This document shows, piece by piece, positions 1 through 12,222 of a stretch of DNA of 64,000 bases; within the stretch, counting starts at the first letter, position 1, and the number at the start of each line of letters is the position of its first letter. The notes under the pieces are model-generated. The model was not told the origin of the DNA, ran no database searches, and was given only the letters and a program-made list of their open reading frames with translations. Source of the DNA: Lytechinus pictus (lineage: Eukaryota). The stretch covers positions 36,520,001-36,584,000 of the forward strand of contig NC_087245.1 in the NCBI RefSeq assembly GCF_037042905.1. The letters run 5' to 3'. The translations under genes were made by a program, and so were the position numbers.

Positions 1-775
1 AAACTGAAAAAAGTGAGGCTTTTGATTTTAGTACCAAGTCAGTGTATGGAAACATAGAGCTGCCAATACCAGTAATAGCATTTAATGTCTTTTTTAATTT
101 AAAAAGAAAAAAGTAAGATCACATCTAAACTGCCACTCTATTTAGTAGTCATCAATATGTTAAAATATTTCCTGTTTAATATCAATATCAATATTACAAA
201 AAGCCTTTCCACAATTGTTATGTTTATACTTTTGTCATGTATCATGTCAATTTTCATGTTATTGTAACATTAACATTTCACATATTTGTCCTGTCAGTTT
301 TTCAGTTTTTCATTCATTGCACTTTTTTGTATTTTTCTGTTGAAATTTTTGGGGTATAATTTATTTATTTTGAGTTAATGTACAAACAGTATGACTTTCC
401 ATTATGGACAATAAAAACAATTCTGAATCTGAAATGACATGGTGCAAACAGAGATCATCCAATCACAAAAACCGTAATAAAAAAATATTTGTCAGCTTGT
501 ATGAACCATATATCATTTCTTTTCATTGATGCTTAGAAAAACAGATTCGAAAAGCCGAGGAAACATATATAGAGAATGAGAAAATTCATGATGATAATGA
601 AGATAAATTATTTCTAATGCACATTTTTAAAAGCTACTAAATGCAATAAACTCTTTTAGACTGAAGTCCTTTATTTTTTATATTTACATGATACTTTTAT
701 TAAAGATAAAGCACTCCCAAGAGTAAAACATGTAAGAAATTTCACAAACTTAAAGTTTGCCATTTGACACTACTG

Positions 776-1375
776 GCGACTGTTTCATAAAGAGTAAAAA
801 CTATGTTAACTTTTCCATTATGACCCCGTTCTCATTACACTTTCTAAAACTAGTTTACTGGAAACCAGTTCAGGAAACCAGTTTGGAAGATCACTTTGCT
901 AGCGTTCCCATTTGATCACCCAAAAGTGGTTTTCAAAATCACTTCACATAAAGCAATTTTGTTGCTATGGGAACACTCTCAGTGGGGTGACATGTTTCCC
1001 AGAAAATTTGAAACTGCAGCATAGGCATTCTACACACAGCATATGGAGTAGCGCGCTCAAAATGTACAAAGATCGCTTCCTGAAGAACGATTGTGTCCTC
1101 ACTTATGCTAAAACCGGTTTAACGAGGCAAAGCGATCTTGAAAATTACATCGCGAGCGCGAGGTGGTTTTATGAACCGGTTTGGAAGATTGCTTCAACCG
1201 TATTCATTACACGTTAAACTAGTTTCCACTAAACTAGTTTTAGGAAGGTAGTGAGAACGGTGTCTATGTCAACTACCATGGTAACAGGGCCCATTAGCCA
1301 ACCAAATTCATGGTTACCTTGGTAATTAAATAATGGAAAAGTTACAATAGTTACAAGTCCTCATGAAATGTACCC
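776..1375. mobile_element. Degenerate PIF/Harbinger-like MITE (outer element of a nest)
   Basis: Imperfect TIRs (...gtttcataaagagtaaaaactatgttaacttttccattat vs ataatggaaaagttacaatagttacaagtcctcatgaaatg...), flanked by CTG/CAG. Confidence 0.65.
822..1264. mobile_element. MITE with about 45-bp TIRs and 3-bp TAT target duplication (Harbinger-like), nested in the 776-1375 element
   Basis: GACCCCGTTCTCATTAC...CTAAAACTAGTTTA vs TAAACTAGTTTTAGGAAGGTAGTGAGAACGGTGTC; TAT on both sides. Confidence 0.8.
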
Positions 1376-2095
1376 CAGATTTTAACAGGACCAAAGAATA
1401 TTGTTAGTACAATAATAATGTAGTAGACATTATAAATTATTCAAGAATATATACCACTCTGAAAATCAAATTAACAATCAAACTTCAAAAGGTATTATTA
1501 TTACAACAGGTTAATTCTTTGATTGGAACAGACCTTCCAAATTCCATCTGGTTGCCCACCATTTCCTGGTCGCCCCTCGTCGTCCTTTTTTCAATCCATT
1601 TGTCGCTGTTTGGAATAAAACCCAAACCTGAGCATTTTAATGGGGTATGACCTACATACGTCTGTGATTGTAGAGGTTTAATTCAGTCACCTGAGTCCCT
1701 GTAATGTGCCTTGACACTTTGAAATGTCACCGTCAACCGAGAGAATCTAGCCACATTCTATGTACGGAAGAGAATCTCATTTTATATGCGCGACCACTTG
1801 GTGCATTGCCGCTTGGTTTTAACACCAGTCGGTGATATATTCCGGATTGTTTAATAGTAATAATAATAATACATTGAAAATGTTTCATTTCTATATATCA
1901 AATTTGTCTAATTATCTATTCATCTTCATAGATGGATCGATATCTTTAAACGATCATTTGGTCTGTTCTCAGTTAATGTTATCAGATAGACTTAATTGGT
2001 GTTAGACAATATGGAAATTCCCCAATTGGAAATCAGATAGATAATGGGAAAGTTACAACCACACTAATGGGTATAAGTCAAACTAGAAGATTTTT

Positions 2096-2554
2096 GGTGA
2101 CACGACATTTGCTCCTGCGACATTTGCTCCGGTCTTAATATCTCAGAGGGCATAAGATTAGAGTAAGGATTGTAATAATTATGTTTTACACTACTTACCA
2201 GTATCTGTTATTTTCTTGCTATTTCATTTATTGATTTGTTTATATGATTGACATTAGTTACCCCTTAAAGTTGTACACTTATATTCATACTTGTTTCCAT
2301 TCAAATCTATTATATTGTACTTGTTTTATTTACGTTCTGATTAAATTGTAAAGCGCTTAGAAACTGTATTGTATTAAGCGCTATATAAAAGTTCCATATT
2401 ATTATCATTATTGTTGTTAATATAGTTTTTGGTTCAGAATAATGTAAAGATTAGGATTAGGGTTTATTTAGTTTTGGAGGTTAGGTTTTATGTTTTGCTT
2501 AATTTGCAGATTTTCCACCGGAGCAATTTTCGCCGGAACAAATGCCATGGAACC
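2096..2554. mobile_element. Mutator(MULE)-like non-autonomous element carrying a LINE/SINE 3' tail (about 2180-2415)
   Basis: Imperfect TIRs with doubled acatttgctcc motif; 9-bp flanking repeat aagattttt/aagattttc; internal gtaaagcgcttaga...taagcgctatataaa plus (ATT)n tail. Confidence 0.65.
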
Positions 2555-2903
2555 AAGATTTTCAATAACAAAAAGCTATTTCCAGAAACAAGATATTTAT
2601 TTATGTATACGGAAGCCCTATATGTTTTCACATTCTTCGGTTACTCATTATTTCATTGTAGGATATTTTGTCAAAAAAGATAATAGTCCACAGCTTCCTC
2701 CAATAAACATTGCTGCATTGACAGAAAAACCTTGAATATGCTGTAGATGTGTTTTTAGTGAGAGAAAAAAAAAAATCTATATTTATTTCTATTGGACTTT
2801 CTGATCATATATTTGTGAAGATGTTGTTTGAACACTTAGATTATTATATAAAAAAAATCCTATTTAATTAGAATATAGTGTGGCATAAATAACACCTGAT
2901 GTA

Positions 2904-3149
2904 CACTGCATAGACATTAGCGTTACACCAGTATTCACAGTGGACCACACCATAAAGCACCTTACACAAGTGCTAAATTCATTTTGGTGTTATTTCAGCA
3001 CCCATTGGTGTTACTATGATACATTTTATTTGTTATTGAACACTATTTGGTATTATGTTCAAACTCCGAGGTGTATCTTGAACACCTGTGGATTTGGTGC
3101 TCCCATGACACTGAGTGGTGCTGTTCTTAACACCATATATGTTACAGTG
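2904..3149. mobile_element. CACTA/EnSpm-like non-autonomous element (degenerate)
   Basis: ta-CACTG ... CAGTG-ta ends with internal acacc/ggtgt subrepeats; similar relics near 14386-14620 and 16468-16640. Confidence 0.5.
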
Positions 3150-6100
3150 TAGTATAAGCCTTTAGGATTAATCAAGGGTTTTCATGCCCTAGGAAGTAAT
3201 TTTCATGTTTCTTGCTCGACCCCTTCAGGAGACTATTCTTGAAACTCCAACAATTTGTTGTTGTCATTGTCATCTAAGAAAATCACAGGAACTGTTTCAA
3301 AATATCCTCTTTTCAGGAAATATATCATAGATTTGTACCCGATTTAGATATTGCCAATGTCTATTCAGAATACAGAGGAAATGCCGAGAAAAAAGAGGAG
3401 ATGTTTTCACTGTCACTGTCTAAATAAGACTTTATTTTTAAGATTTTATGAAATCAAGAAGGTATTACTAAGTATTTCCACTTTAAAGGAAATTACCCAT
3501 ATTCCGTGTAATCCAGATCATTTATTTTCAGGTAATTTTCGGGTAATGAAAAAATTCCAGGTAATTCCGGATAATCCGAAAATTACAATTAAATAACAGT
3601 TAAACGTTACAAATTTTGTTATTCATGTTCCTATGTAAAGAATTGTTTACCTTGATACATAGCTCCAAATTTTCCGCTCGCATTTTGTAATTTTTGTTCC
3701 TATTTTGAAAGAGGGCGTGAACAAAAAAATTAATTCCTTGATTTGCTCTCTTGGACCAAATTTAGGCTCGATTTTTGTTAAAAATCAAACTTGAAAATTC
3801 CAGGAAATGTCTGAATTTCGGGAATTTTGGGATTCAGTGTCAGAAAATTTGTTATTCAGTGTTGGAAAATTTGTTATGGATCTTTTGAAAAACTGGTATT
3901 ACCACTGCCCCTTGTCCTTTAGGATAATGGAGATTTCTAAAACCTTGTGGTGGAAACATGATGATGTTTGTGACTGTATCGGGAAGCGGAATGAAACGAA
4001 CACTGTTAAAGAACCCACACAGAATGAAACATATGCACCTCACATTTCTCGCTAGATACAGTTTACGTCCATTTGGTGGTGAGGAAGAAAGATGAGGTTA
4101 GCTCCTATAGAGGCGAAATGTGTTAGTTACCTCACGTTTATCAGGAAGCCTTTTAAGCAAAGTAAACAGATTCTCGCTGGAGCGTAAGGTGATCGTCCAG
4201 CTCTGAGGCTGAAATTGATGATGGTGGGGATAGCCGATGTCATCAGTATAATCTCCTCTTTAAATCATTGTACAGCACCGATATAGATCTTGCCATTGGT
4301 GTCTGTTCTGGGATAGTACGGGAATCAATCAGCCAGGAAAATTAATAACGATTGTTTGGGATTGATTATCCCTTATCTGTGCCATGGGTGAATAATGTGA
4401 CGTAGGTTACATGTTTTTTAATATTCTAGATTGTTTATAATTAGATAAAAATATCACTCCATCGGAGCATCCATTGGAAATTCATTTATGATGTGACCAA
4501 ACACCCCATGAGACTTCATTAATTTTGATAAATTTCTGGTTTGATATTAGCAATCAGGCTTAATGTTCCAGGGACTCAGTTTTATTATTATTATGGGGGG
4601 GGGGTGGGGCAATGAATAGCTCTCCTAAAAGTTTTGAGGGGAGTGGTGGGGGAGCACTGCAAAAAGCTCTCTTCTTTGACATACAAAGGGAGATTTTTCT
4701 TGTCCGATCACAAAACGGATGGAGGAATGTACACTGAGTTACAACCCACAACCAAAGGAGACAAAAAAAAATCAGATGCCCTGAATATATGCCATATTTA
4801 TCTCATTTCAAATGTGTGTTATTGCTTAAATGTAATCGTGTGTTATTTATAAAACCTTGATTGAGAATGAGGTTTCCAAGGTTGGCTCTAACAATTCGAT
4901 CATTGACCGACACTCGTTCTACATTCAGGTTAAGTGATGTCAGAATATAGATTACTCATGGAAGTAAAATGTTGTACAAATGATACAAAAGTATATGATG
5001 TTGCTTGATTTCTAGTTTTTCTGCATTTCTGCATTTATCATTTTATGTCACAAAAAAAAATCATATTTGCTTTAATAGGCGAGCAATAAATCGCTGTCCC
5101 TGAAATGGATTAAGGCGAGCGGTAGCAAGTGATCGCTCTCGCTCCCCTTAAAACTGAGTTCCTGATGTTCTGAAATGAATGACGTTGGATTAGACACCCT
5201 ATAATTTTCCATCTTCTAAAATGCCAATTTATGATCTTTGGTGTTCTAAATGTCACATTTGTGTTCTTCTGTGTTGTATACTAAAACAAATTGTGCAATT
5301 TTAAGTAGTGAAAATCTTGGTTAAAACATGTTATGTGTTTCCAAGCAGATAAAGCTTGGCAACACATGCTTAACACTATGAACAGGTTAGATGGGCAGAC
5401 TTTTCTTCACTTACGCACACTTTTGTTTTATTGCACTCTGCTCCAATATTCAGGATTGGCAGTCGAGGTACTACTTTTATCAGATAATTTCTTGAACTTC
5501 TTGTTTTTCTTCTTCTTCTTCTTCCTCTTCTTCCCTCCTTTTTCGTCTTCTTTATCCAAGTACCTAGATACTAACATAGAAAATGAAATTTTGAATTCTG
5601 AAACAATGGATTGTATTGTTTCATAATTCATAATTCTCTGTCTTCCATAATTCTCTGAATTTTTCAGCTTCCATTATCATGGAATACTGCAGTCTCTATG
5701 TTAGAGCCAAGGCAATTTTCACTTATTTCTTGTTCTCTGTATCGTGTATATGCAGTCTACATGCAGGATGATACGTAGCTGCATTCTGTACAAAGCGATG
5801 TGAGCAAAGGTCAGTGGTTTTTTTTCCATTGGAGACAAAAGCAGCAATTTTGCGGTATCATCTTCTCTGTAAAAGGGAGATTAGGAAGCAGTTTTGCGCA
5901 TTTCTCTCCTCATAATGCGGGGCTGGCAACCATATTTATAATTGCGCTTGTCGCCTTGCTTTCAAATTCCGCTCAGTACGGGAGATCTCCTTCGCACCTC
6001 ATCTGGAAGCTGCTCGGAATATTGGGATGCTTAATTTGTGGCCATTTGGGTGATGTGGGCATGCACCATTGGTCAACCATTTCATGGGGGTGCAACAGTC

Positions 6101-7486
6101 ATGCAATGAATGCAGGGGTGGAGAGAGAGAGAGAGAGGGGGAGAGTACGTCAGACAGGTAGACAGACAAAGAGAGGGGGAGGGATAAAGAGAGAGGGGGG
6201 GGGGCAAATAGCAATTAGAAGTGAAGGAGGGAGATGAAATGTTGAGAGGGTGAATTGTTTAGAGATTCCTAGAGCATTAAAGAGTTTTAGAGATACACCA
6301 GAGAGAGAGACAGACAGAGAGACAGATTAGAGTAAGCATGCAGATAGAAAGTAGGATGTAGTATATTTGGGATAATTATGCTTATGATGCAGATTCTACT
6401 TGTACATGCATAACCCTTGTGATTTATTTTTTAAAAGATGTATCTTACATCTCTTTTATGTACAAACAAATGATTGGTGTTTGGGGATTGCACTGGCATA
6501 TACATGGGAGGGGACTTGAGGAGCCATGTATCCCCTAAAAAAAGGGAAGGAAATGAAAATGGAGAGAAATGTGATATCACAAAATTAGATTTTTGTTTTA
6601 AAGATGCCAAAAACTATCATTGGTAGATGTGAACATATCACAGAGGGGGGGGGGTGTATAGGGGATGAGATAGGAAATAACTAGGAGAGAGAGAAAGATA
6701 TAGAGAGAGGAGAACAGAGAGAAAGACAAGGCAAATAAAAGTGCTATGACGTAATTTAACATGCCCCCTCCCTCCCCTCTTAGCCTGGTAATTGAATACC
6801 TTCACCGTAAGCCATGCAGGATTAGGTCAAGCTCCTCAAATTCAGATATCGATAGATTCACCTATCTCAATCGATCACTTCCAAAATAGTGCAAGGTAAA
6901 CACATCTTCCTTAATGAATTTATTCCCAATCCAACATCCTCATAAGAAGCCTGCAGACAAACCAAAATACTGCTTTGCAATTCACCAGGAGACTTGGTAA
7001 ACTAAAATCATGATAAATAGAACGATAACTAGAAGAAGAATCAATAAAGTTCACCCTGATCACGGTGAGACTTGTATCAAATATGAAAATTATGAAACGA
7101 AATGACTATTCATGCAATGTTATACAATAATGGATCTGGATAATTCAGTATGATCTTAGTAACCTTGTAACATAATACCATGGAATCACTTAATCTGTTA
7201 AGCAATCTATACCACGTAGGATATTGAGCAGTACTCAGAGGAGTCATTATATATTCATGAAATTCATCTGTGTTGATCTCTTTTGTTTTGCATGGTAAGC
7301 AAAATTGTGTGATTTACCCTGCCAAATGGCAATACAGAGACTAGAATTGCAGATCTTTAGCCTTGTCACAAATTTTGAATATCCTATAGGATAAGCTAAT
7401 GCTTTTCTTTAAAAGGGATTCCAGGAAAAAATAGGGTTATGTCTTGATAGCGATTATGATTTTTACATTTGACATAACTAAGATAT

Positions 7487-7685
7487 GGGGCAATTCCATA
7501 ATACATGTACGTCCCACCCCCTATGTGGAACCTTCATGAAATTTTCTGTCTCTGATTTCTTTTTCTTTTGACAGTCTGTAATGTTCTCAAATAACCATGA
7601 CTTGGTCAGTTTATGAAGTGAAGTAAGACTTGAGAAAAATGGGGGACGGGCATACAAAAAGGTTGATCATTTTATGGAATTACGC
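7487..7685. mobile_element. Short degenerate MITE
   Basis: ggggcaattccataa...cgtccc vs gggacg...ttatggaattacgc inverted ends. Confidence 0.45.
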
Positions 7686-10600
7686 TATGAATTTGTGGGA
7701 AAACTAGTTGTAATGTAAAGTCAGTCATGCTTTTCACTAGTAGCTTAGCCTTTTAAAAGAAATAAAACTTAAAGCTTATTCTGGATAAAAATTGTTAATC
7801 GACTAATGAAAAAAAACATTTTGAGATGAACAGTTGTGAATTAACCTTTCCTTCATTCAAGGGCATCTCTATTAGTTAAAGTCAATCATCGATCGAAGAT
7901 TATCATGATGATCGTGTGATATTTCTTAGCCATCTCGATGCCATCCATCTTAAAAAAACTCTCCTCATTGATTGTTACTTGTCACCTTGTCCGAGGATCA
8001 TTTACCGAGTGTGTTTTGACAAGAAAGTAATGATAATAACACCGTAAATTACCCTCTGTCCCACATGCCGATGTATTGCGGGAACAGATGTACGCACAGA
8101 CGCGTGACAGGCACAGTGAAGGGACACCGAGGTGGGCTAAGATGATTAGGTTTTGATGACGCTGGATCTTGTTCCCGAAAGAGGCGTAATTTATCGGATC
8201 ATCGGCAGGTAGTTAGAAGCCAGACAGATCGCATCAACGTCAAATATGATTTATGAATCCATCTTTGAGTCATACTCGAGGCAGCGTCCTATTTCCAAGT
8301 ATGTGGTCCGACTTGTGCAGCATATTTTCAGCGATCAGCAACTGAATGTGTCATTTAAAAAAATGAAGCTTTGAAACCACAATAGTACACTGTTTTTTCA
8401 TTGGAAGTTGATGACATGGATAAAAGACATATTAATCGCAATACTCATTTAAGATAAAGAAGTTGTATTTGATATATATCAATTAATAAGTAAACACATA
8501 GTTGAGACAGTAAGTTATTCATTAGATATTAAAAACTAAGCTTAGAAAAGAGCAAATATAATTGGAGCAGGTCATTAAAGAGTGAAAAAGAAGTTTGGTA
8601 AATCAAAGAATCAAAATTAAGTTGCAATATAAATCTGATATGCATGGGTAGAAAAAGAATACATCTCTAATGTTTAAATTGAAGCTTAGTTCCTAACAAC
8701 TTGTTTTTTTAATGCATGATTTTCCCCTTTTTCATATAAAACCAATTTACAGGGAATTGAATGAAAATTTCAGAATACAATTATCGCAAGTATCTTTCTA
8801 ATATGCAATCACAAAATTGTTAAAGATAAGTGTTTAGGGAGCCTAATAAGTATAAAGACATTACTGAAGATAAATCTAATTAACAAGATAATGTAAGTTT
8901 TCATAAAGCATCAGACGATTAAAAGCGATACAAGTGATAGTAGTGATCACTACAAATGAGATGGGGAAAAATAGTTCAATAGCAAGAGTGCAATATAATA
9001 CACAGTACTCTACATTTACCACAGCTTTGGACTGGATTGAGAGTGAGATGCATTTATTTATCTTGATGCATGAAGAAATGATTCAATACTGTTACAAAAA
9101 AATATGACAAGATATTAGAAAGATTGCTCTAGAATAGCTGCACTATATCTCCCATATCAATCATCCTGCAACTCAATATCATAAACACTTTTAAGCTGAT
9201 ATTTTGAAGTTTCTTTAGTAGCCGCAGAATAATTCCCTATTGTAATCAATTATTCAAGAAGCTAAACCTAGATGAAAGAATAAAGACTTACAATATTATT
9301 CCTCATTCTGCTTCATGATTCATGTATTCATAGCTGGGTAACAGGTGGGCAGTGCAATAAATCTAATACCACGGCCGCATCCCTGTACGTGGGGGCGTGC
9401 TTTACCCCCCCAAAATGAATCCCCAAATCTGCCTAGCTTGCTTTATTAGGAGAACATAAATGTCACGGTAACATTTGTAACCATGTGCCCCACATCGTAA
9501 ACGAAGATTGATGCATAAAGAATATTGCTTTTTTAAACTTCCTGAATAAAACAGAGGATGCAGTTGCCGAAAGCCGAAGTCTCTTTAATCCCCCTTGTAC
9601 ACGTAATGTTTGCCAGGATGATGCACGACAGCGTGTGCATGAAGGTTGTATGACGCTGCTATAGCTCTTCGGCTGTGCACCAGTGTTTGAGGTTTTATGT
9701 GTGCTCTTGACTAAAAGTCGGCATAATGAGAAGCAAATTTGAATCGTCGTCGTTACTTTGTCTCGCATTTAAAGGAGATGAGTCACACTGTACGTGCCTA
9801 GGATCTCCATTTTGCAAAATGATGTCCCCGGCTTAGAAACTGTCCTACGACACTCTCCATAACTGTGTAATTTTATTGCAATTATATAGATTTTTGGACT
9901 TGTTTTTTCTCTTTTTTATGATTATTATATTTTTGTACAATGTGTACCTGTTTAAAGATACAGTTTTAAACCAGTACATATCTGTTAGAATCACTTGCCC
10001 TTACAGGGTCTGTGTGTTCTTCCTTATGTTTTTACTCACTTTATTTGCTCCCAAAATTTGATATTCTACATTGAAATAGGAAAATAATGTGGTTATTTGA
10101 AGTAAAGTAACTTGTGGATTTTATGTTAACAGTACTGTCTTTTCAGTCCTTGACCAGAACTGTAGTAGTTGCTCCAGCAACCATTTTACCTTTTGAAAAT
10201 ATAAGGATCCTGTTTATAATAACTGAGTAGTGTTAAATTGGAGCATGGAGTTAAGGAAACCTCCCCCTATTAAGACCACCTGTCTGTGAAAACTGAAGAC
10301 CTCTTTCCAAATCTCCTTTGACGGTCTTAATACGAGATGCATTGATGACTGTGGGTATTTGAATCTGTTCGTTTTCGTGACCCGCTCTAGTTTTCTCTTT
10401 TTATCTCTCTCTTTACGTCTGAAAATATGACACCTGAACTCCCCTTCTCAGCAGCCTTTTATTCATTTTTACTCCTCTCCCTCCCCCTCTGTCTCCCTCT
10501 TTCCTCTCTCCCCCTTTCTTTCTCCATCTCCATCTCTCTCTCTCTCCTCTCACATTCATTTTTCATGCAATTTTGATTTTCATACGCAACCCTGAACCAA

Positions 10601-11717
10601 CCCTCTGAACGATGACGCAATTGGTTGAGATCAATAAATGTATGAAAGTCCTGTGGACTGTGAAGGAGGGTTTAGAGGAAGAGCTAGCCCCAAGGACAAG
10701 GATACGTTGTCTAAGTTTAGCGCTATCTCTCACGTTAGGTGTGAACTTGCCTCCATTTTGAATCCAATCGCTCATATTTTTTCTGGTCATGCATCAATGC
10801 TTAAGTTGAGGTTTTGAAGACATTGGGTTCGCAACAAACAAGGGGCATATGGGCTTTCAGATTATGGGGAAAAATTGTATATTTTACAAAAATAAAAGGC
10901 TAGGATTGAATGATTTGGTTCTTAGGGGTTTGTTAGCAGGGTTCCCACAGTCTATGGCAGCTTTCCAGTTTGTCGTATCTTGCAACTCTCACACTCTGTG
11001 ATCATACTTTGCTATTATAATTGGTGTTTATGATTTCCATTTTCCCCGATTTTGTGACCTTCCAAATTCTACATAACTCCCGGGACGTCACAGGAAGTCA
11101 TGGAAAGCAGCAATTTAGTCATGGAAAAGTTATGAACATCACCCTTTGCCTTGGGTTATCTCCAGTGAGTGCATACGTACCAGTTATCATGAGCTTGTAT
11201 GCATGCCTTAATTCTTCTCAGAAAAAAACAAATTCATCTGTTGTGATAGAAACAGGTTCATTTACAGGTTAGCTGCCGAGGAAGGTGGAATTTTATCTAC
11301 TGAAGATGTCGAACAGTAAGAGGGCAAAGACAGGAATGGTTGTCACTTCCTAGAAATATACAAGTACATTGACATTCTTTGCTTCTTCAAAATGGCAATA
11401 TGATTGGAGACTTGCAAATCAATTTCGAGAGGGTTACCTGGCCTTCCCGACCCTGCGCTTCCTTTGTCCAATAACGTCCAATCTCCATACATGCATGTCG
11501 TTTCGTGGTATTTTCATTCCTCTCTCCGACTTCAGCTGTTGCATTGTACTGTTTAATATTGGGTTGATGATTCCTTGTTTACAGTGATATTGAGGAGATG
11601 TAGATAAATATATATATATAAAAATGATACTGCTTTGGAACATTCTTATTTTTAGGGTATTTTTTAAAATCTAATTAGTTGATTCCATGGGGAGAACGTT
11701 GTTCATTGAAATACCAG

Positions 11718-11987
11718 GGCCCTGTCTTACAAAGATTTACGATTGATCCAATTTAGCGTAATTCTATGGAAATCCATCAGTGTCATAGCTTTTTCTACAA
11801 GATATTTGCAATATGTCCTTTGTAAACAAAGGAGAACACGCCAGATTGTCAAGACATTGATAAATTTATGAATATACATCATATCTAGAAAAAATGTTGA
11901 ACAAACATGCATTTTACATGTTGACTTTGTTGGCTTTCCATAGTTGCAATCGATCGGATCAATCACAACTCTTTGTAAGACGGGCCC
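11718..11987. mobile_element. PIF/Harbinger-like MITE, family A copy 1
   Basis: TIR GGCCCTGTCTTACAAAGA / TCTTTGTAAGACGGGCCC; CAG/CTG flanks; second copy at 15028. Confidence 0.8.
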
Positions 11988-12001
11988 CTGGAGTATTTCA
12001 C

Positions 12002-12222
12002 ATAATAATAATAATAATAATAATAGCCAATTTTTATAAAGCGCTTTTCCCAGAAGGGCTCAAAGCGCTTTACAGCATATTATTACCCCGGTCATTGGAT
12101 TCATTTCAATCCCGCACGAAAAGTGCACAATTTCCACTCCCTGAGGAGCATTCCTTGCATTCATCGCAGCCTCATTATGGCGCTGGCAAAATCAAACATA
12201 CAATATCTATCGCATCCTACCG
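12002..12222 (-). mobile_element. 3' part of an L2/CR1-tailed SINE or LINE
   Basis: (ATA)n tail, aagcgct...aagcgctttaca hairpin, and ttattaccccggtcat motif shared with 17885-18120. Confidence 0.7.

Noticed and set aside
6800..6950. Minus-strand exon-like segment after a strong acceptor (tttggtttgtctgcag)
   Set aside because: Stops in all three frames and an ambiguous donor; indistinguishable from chance without expression data.
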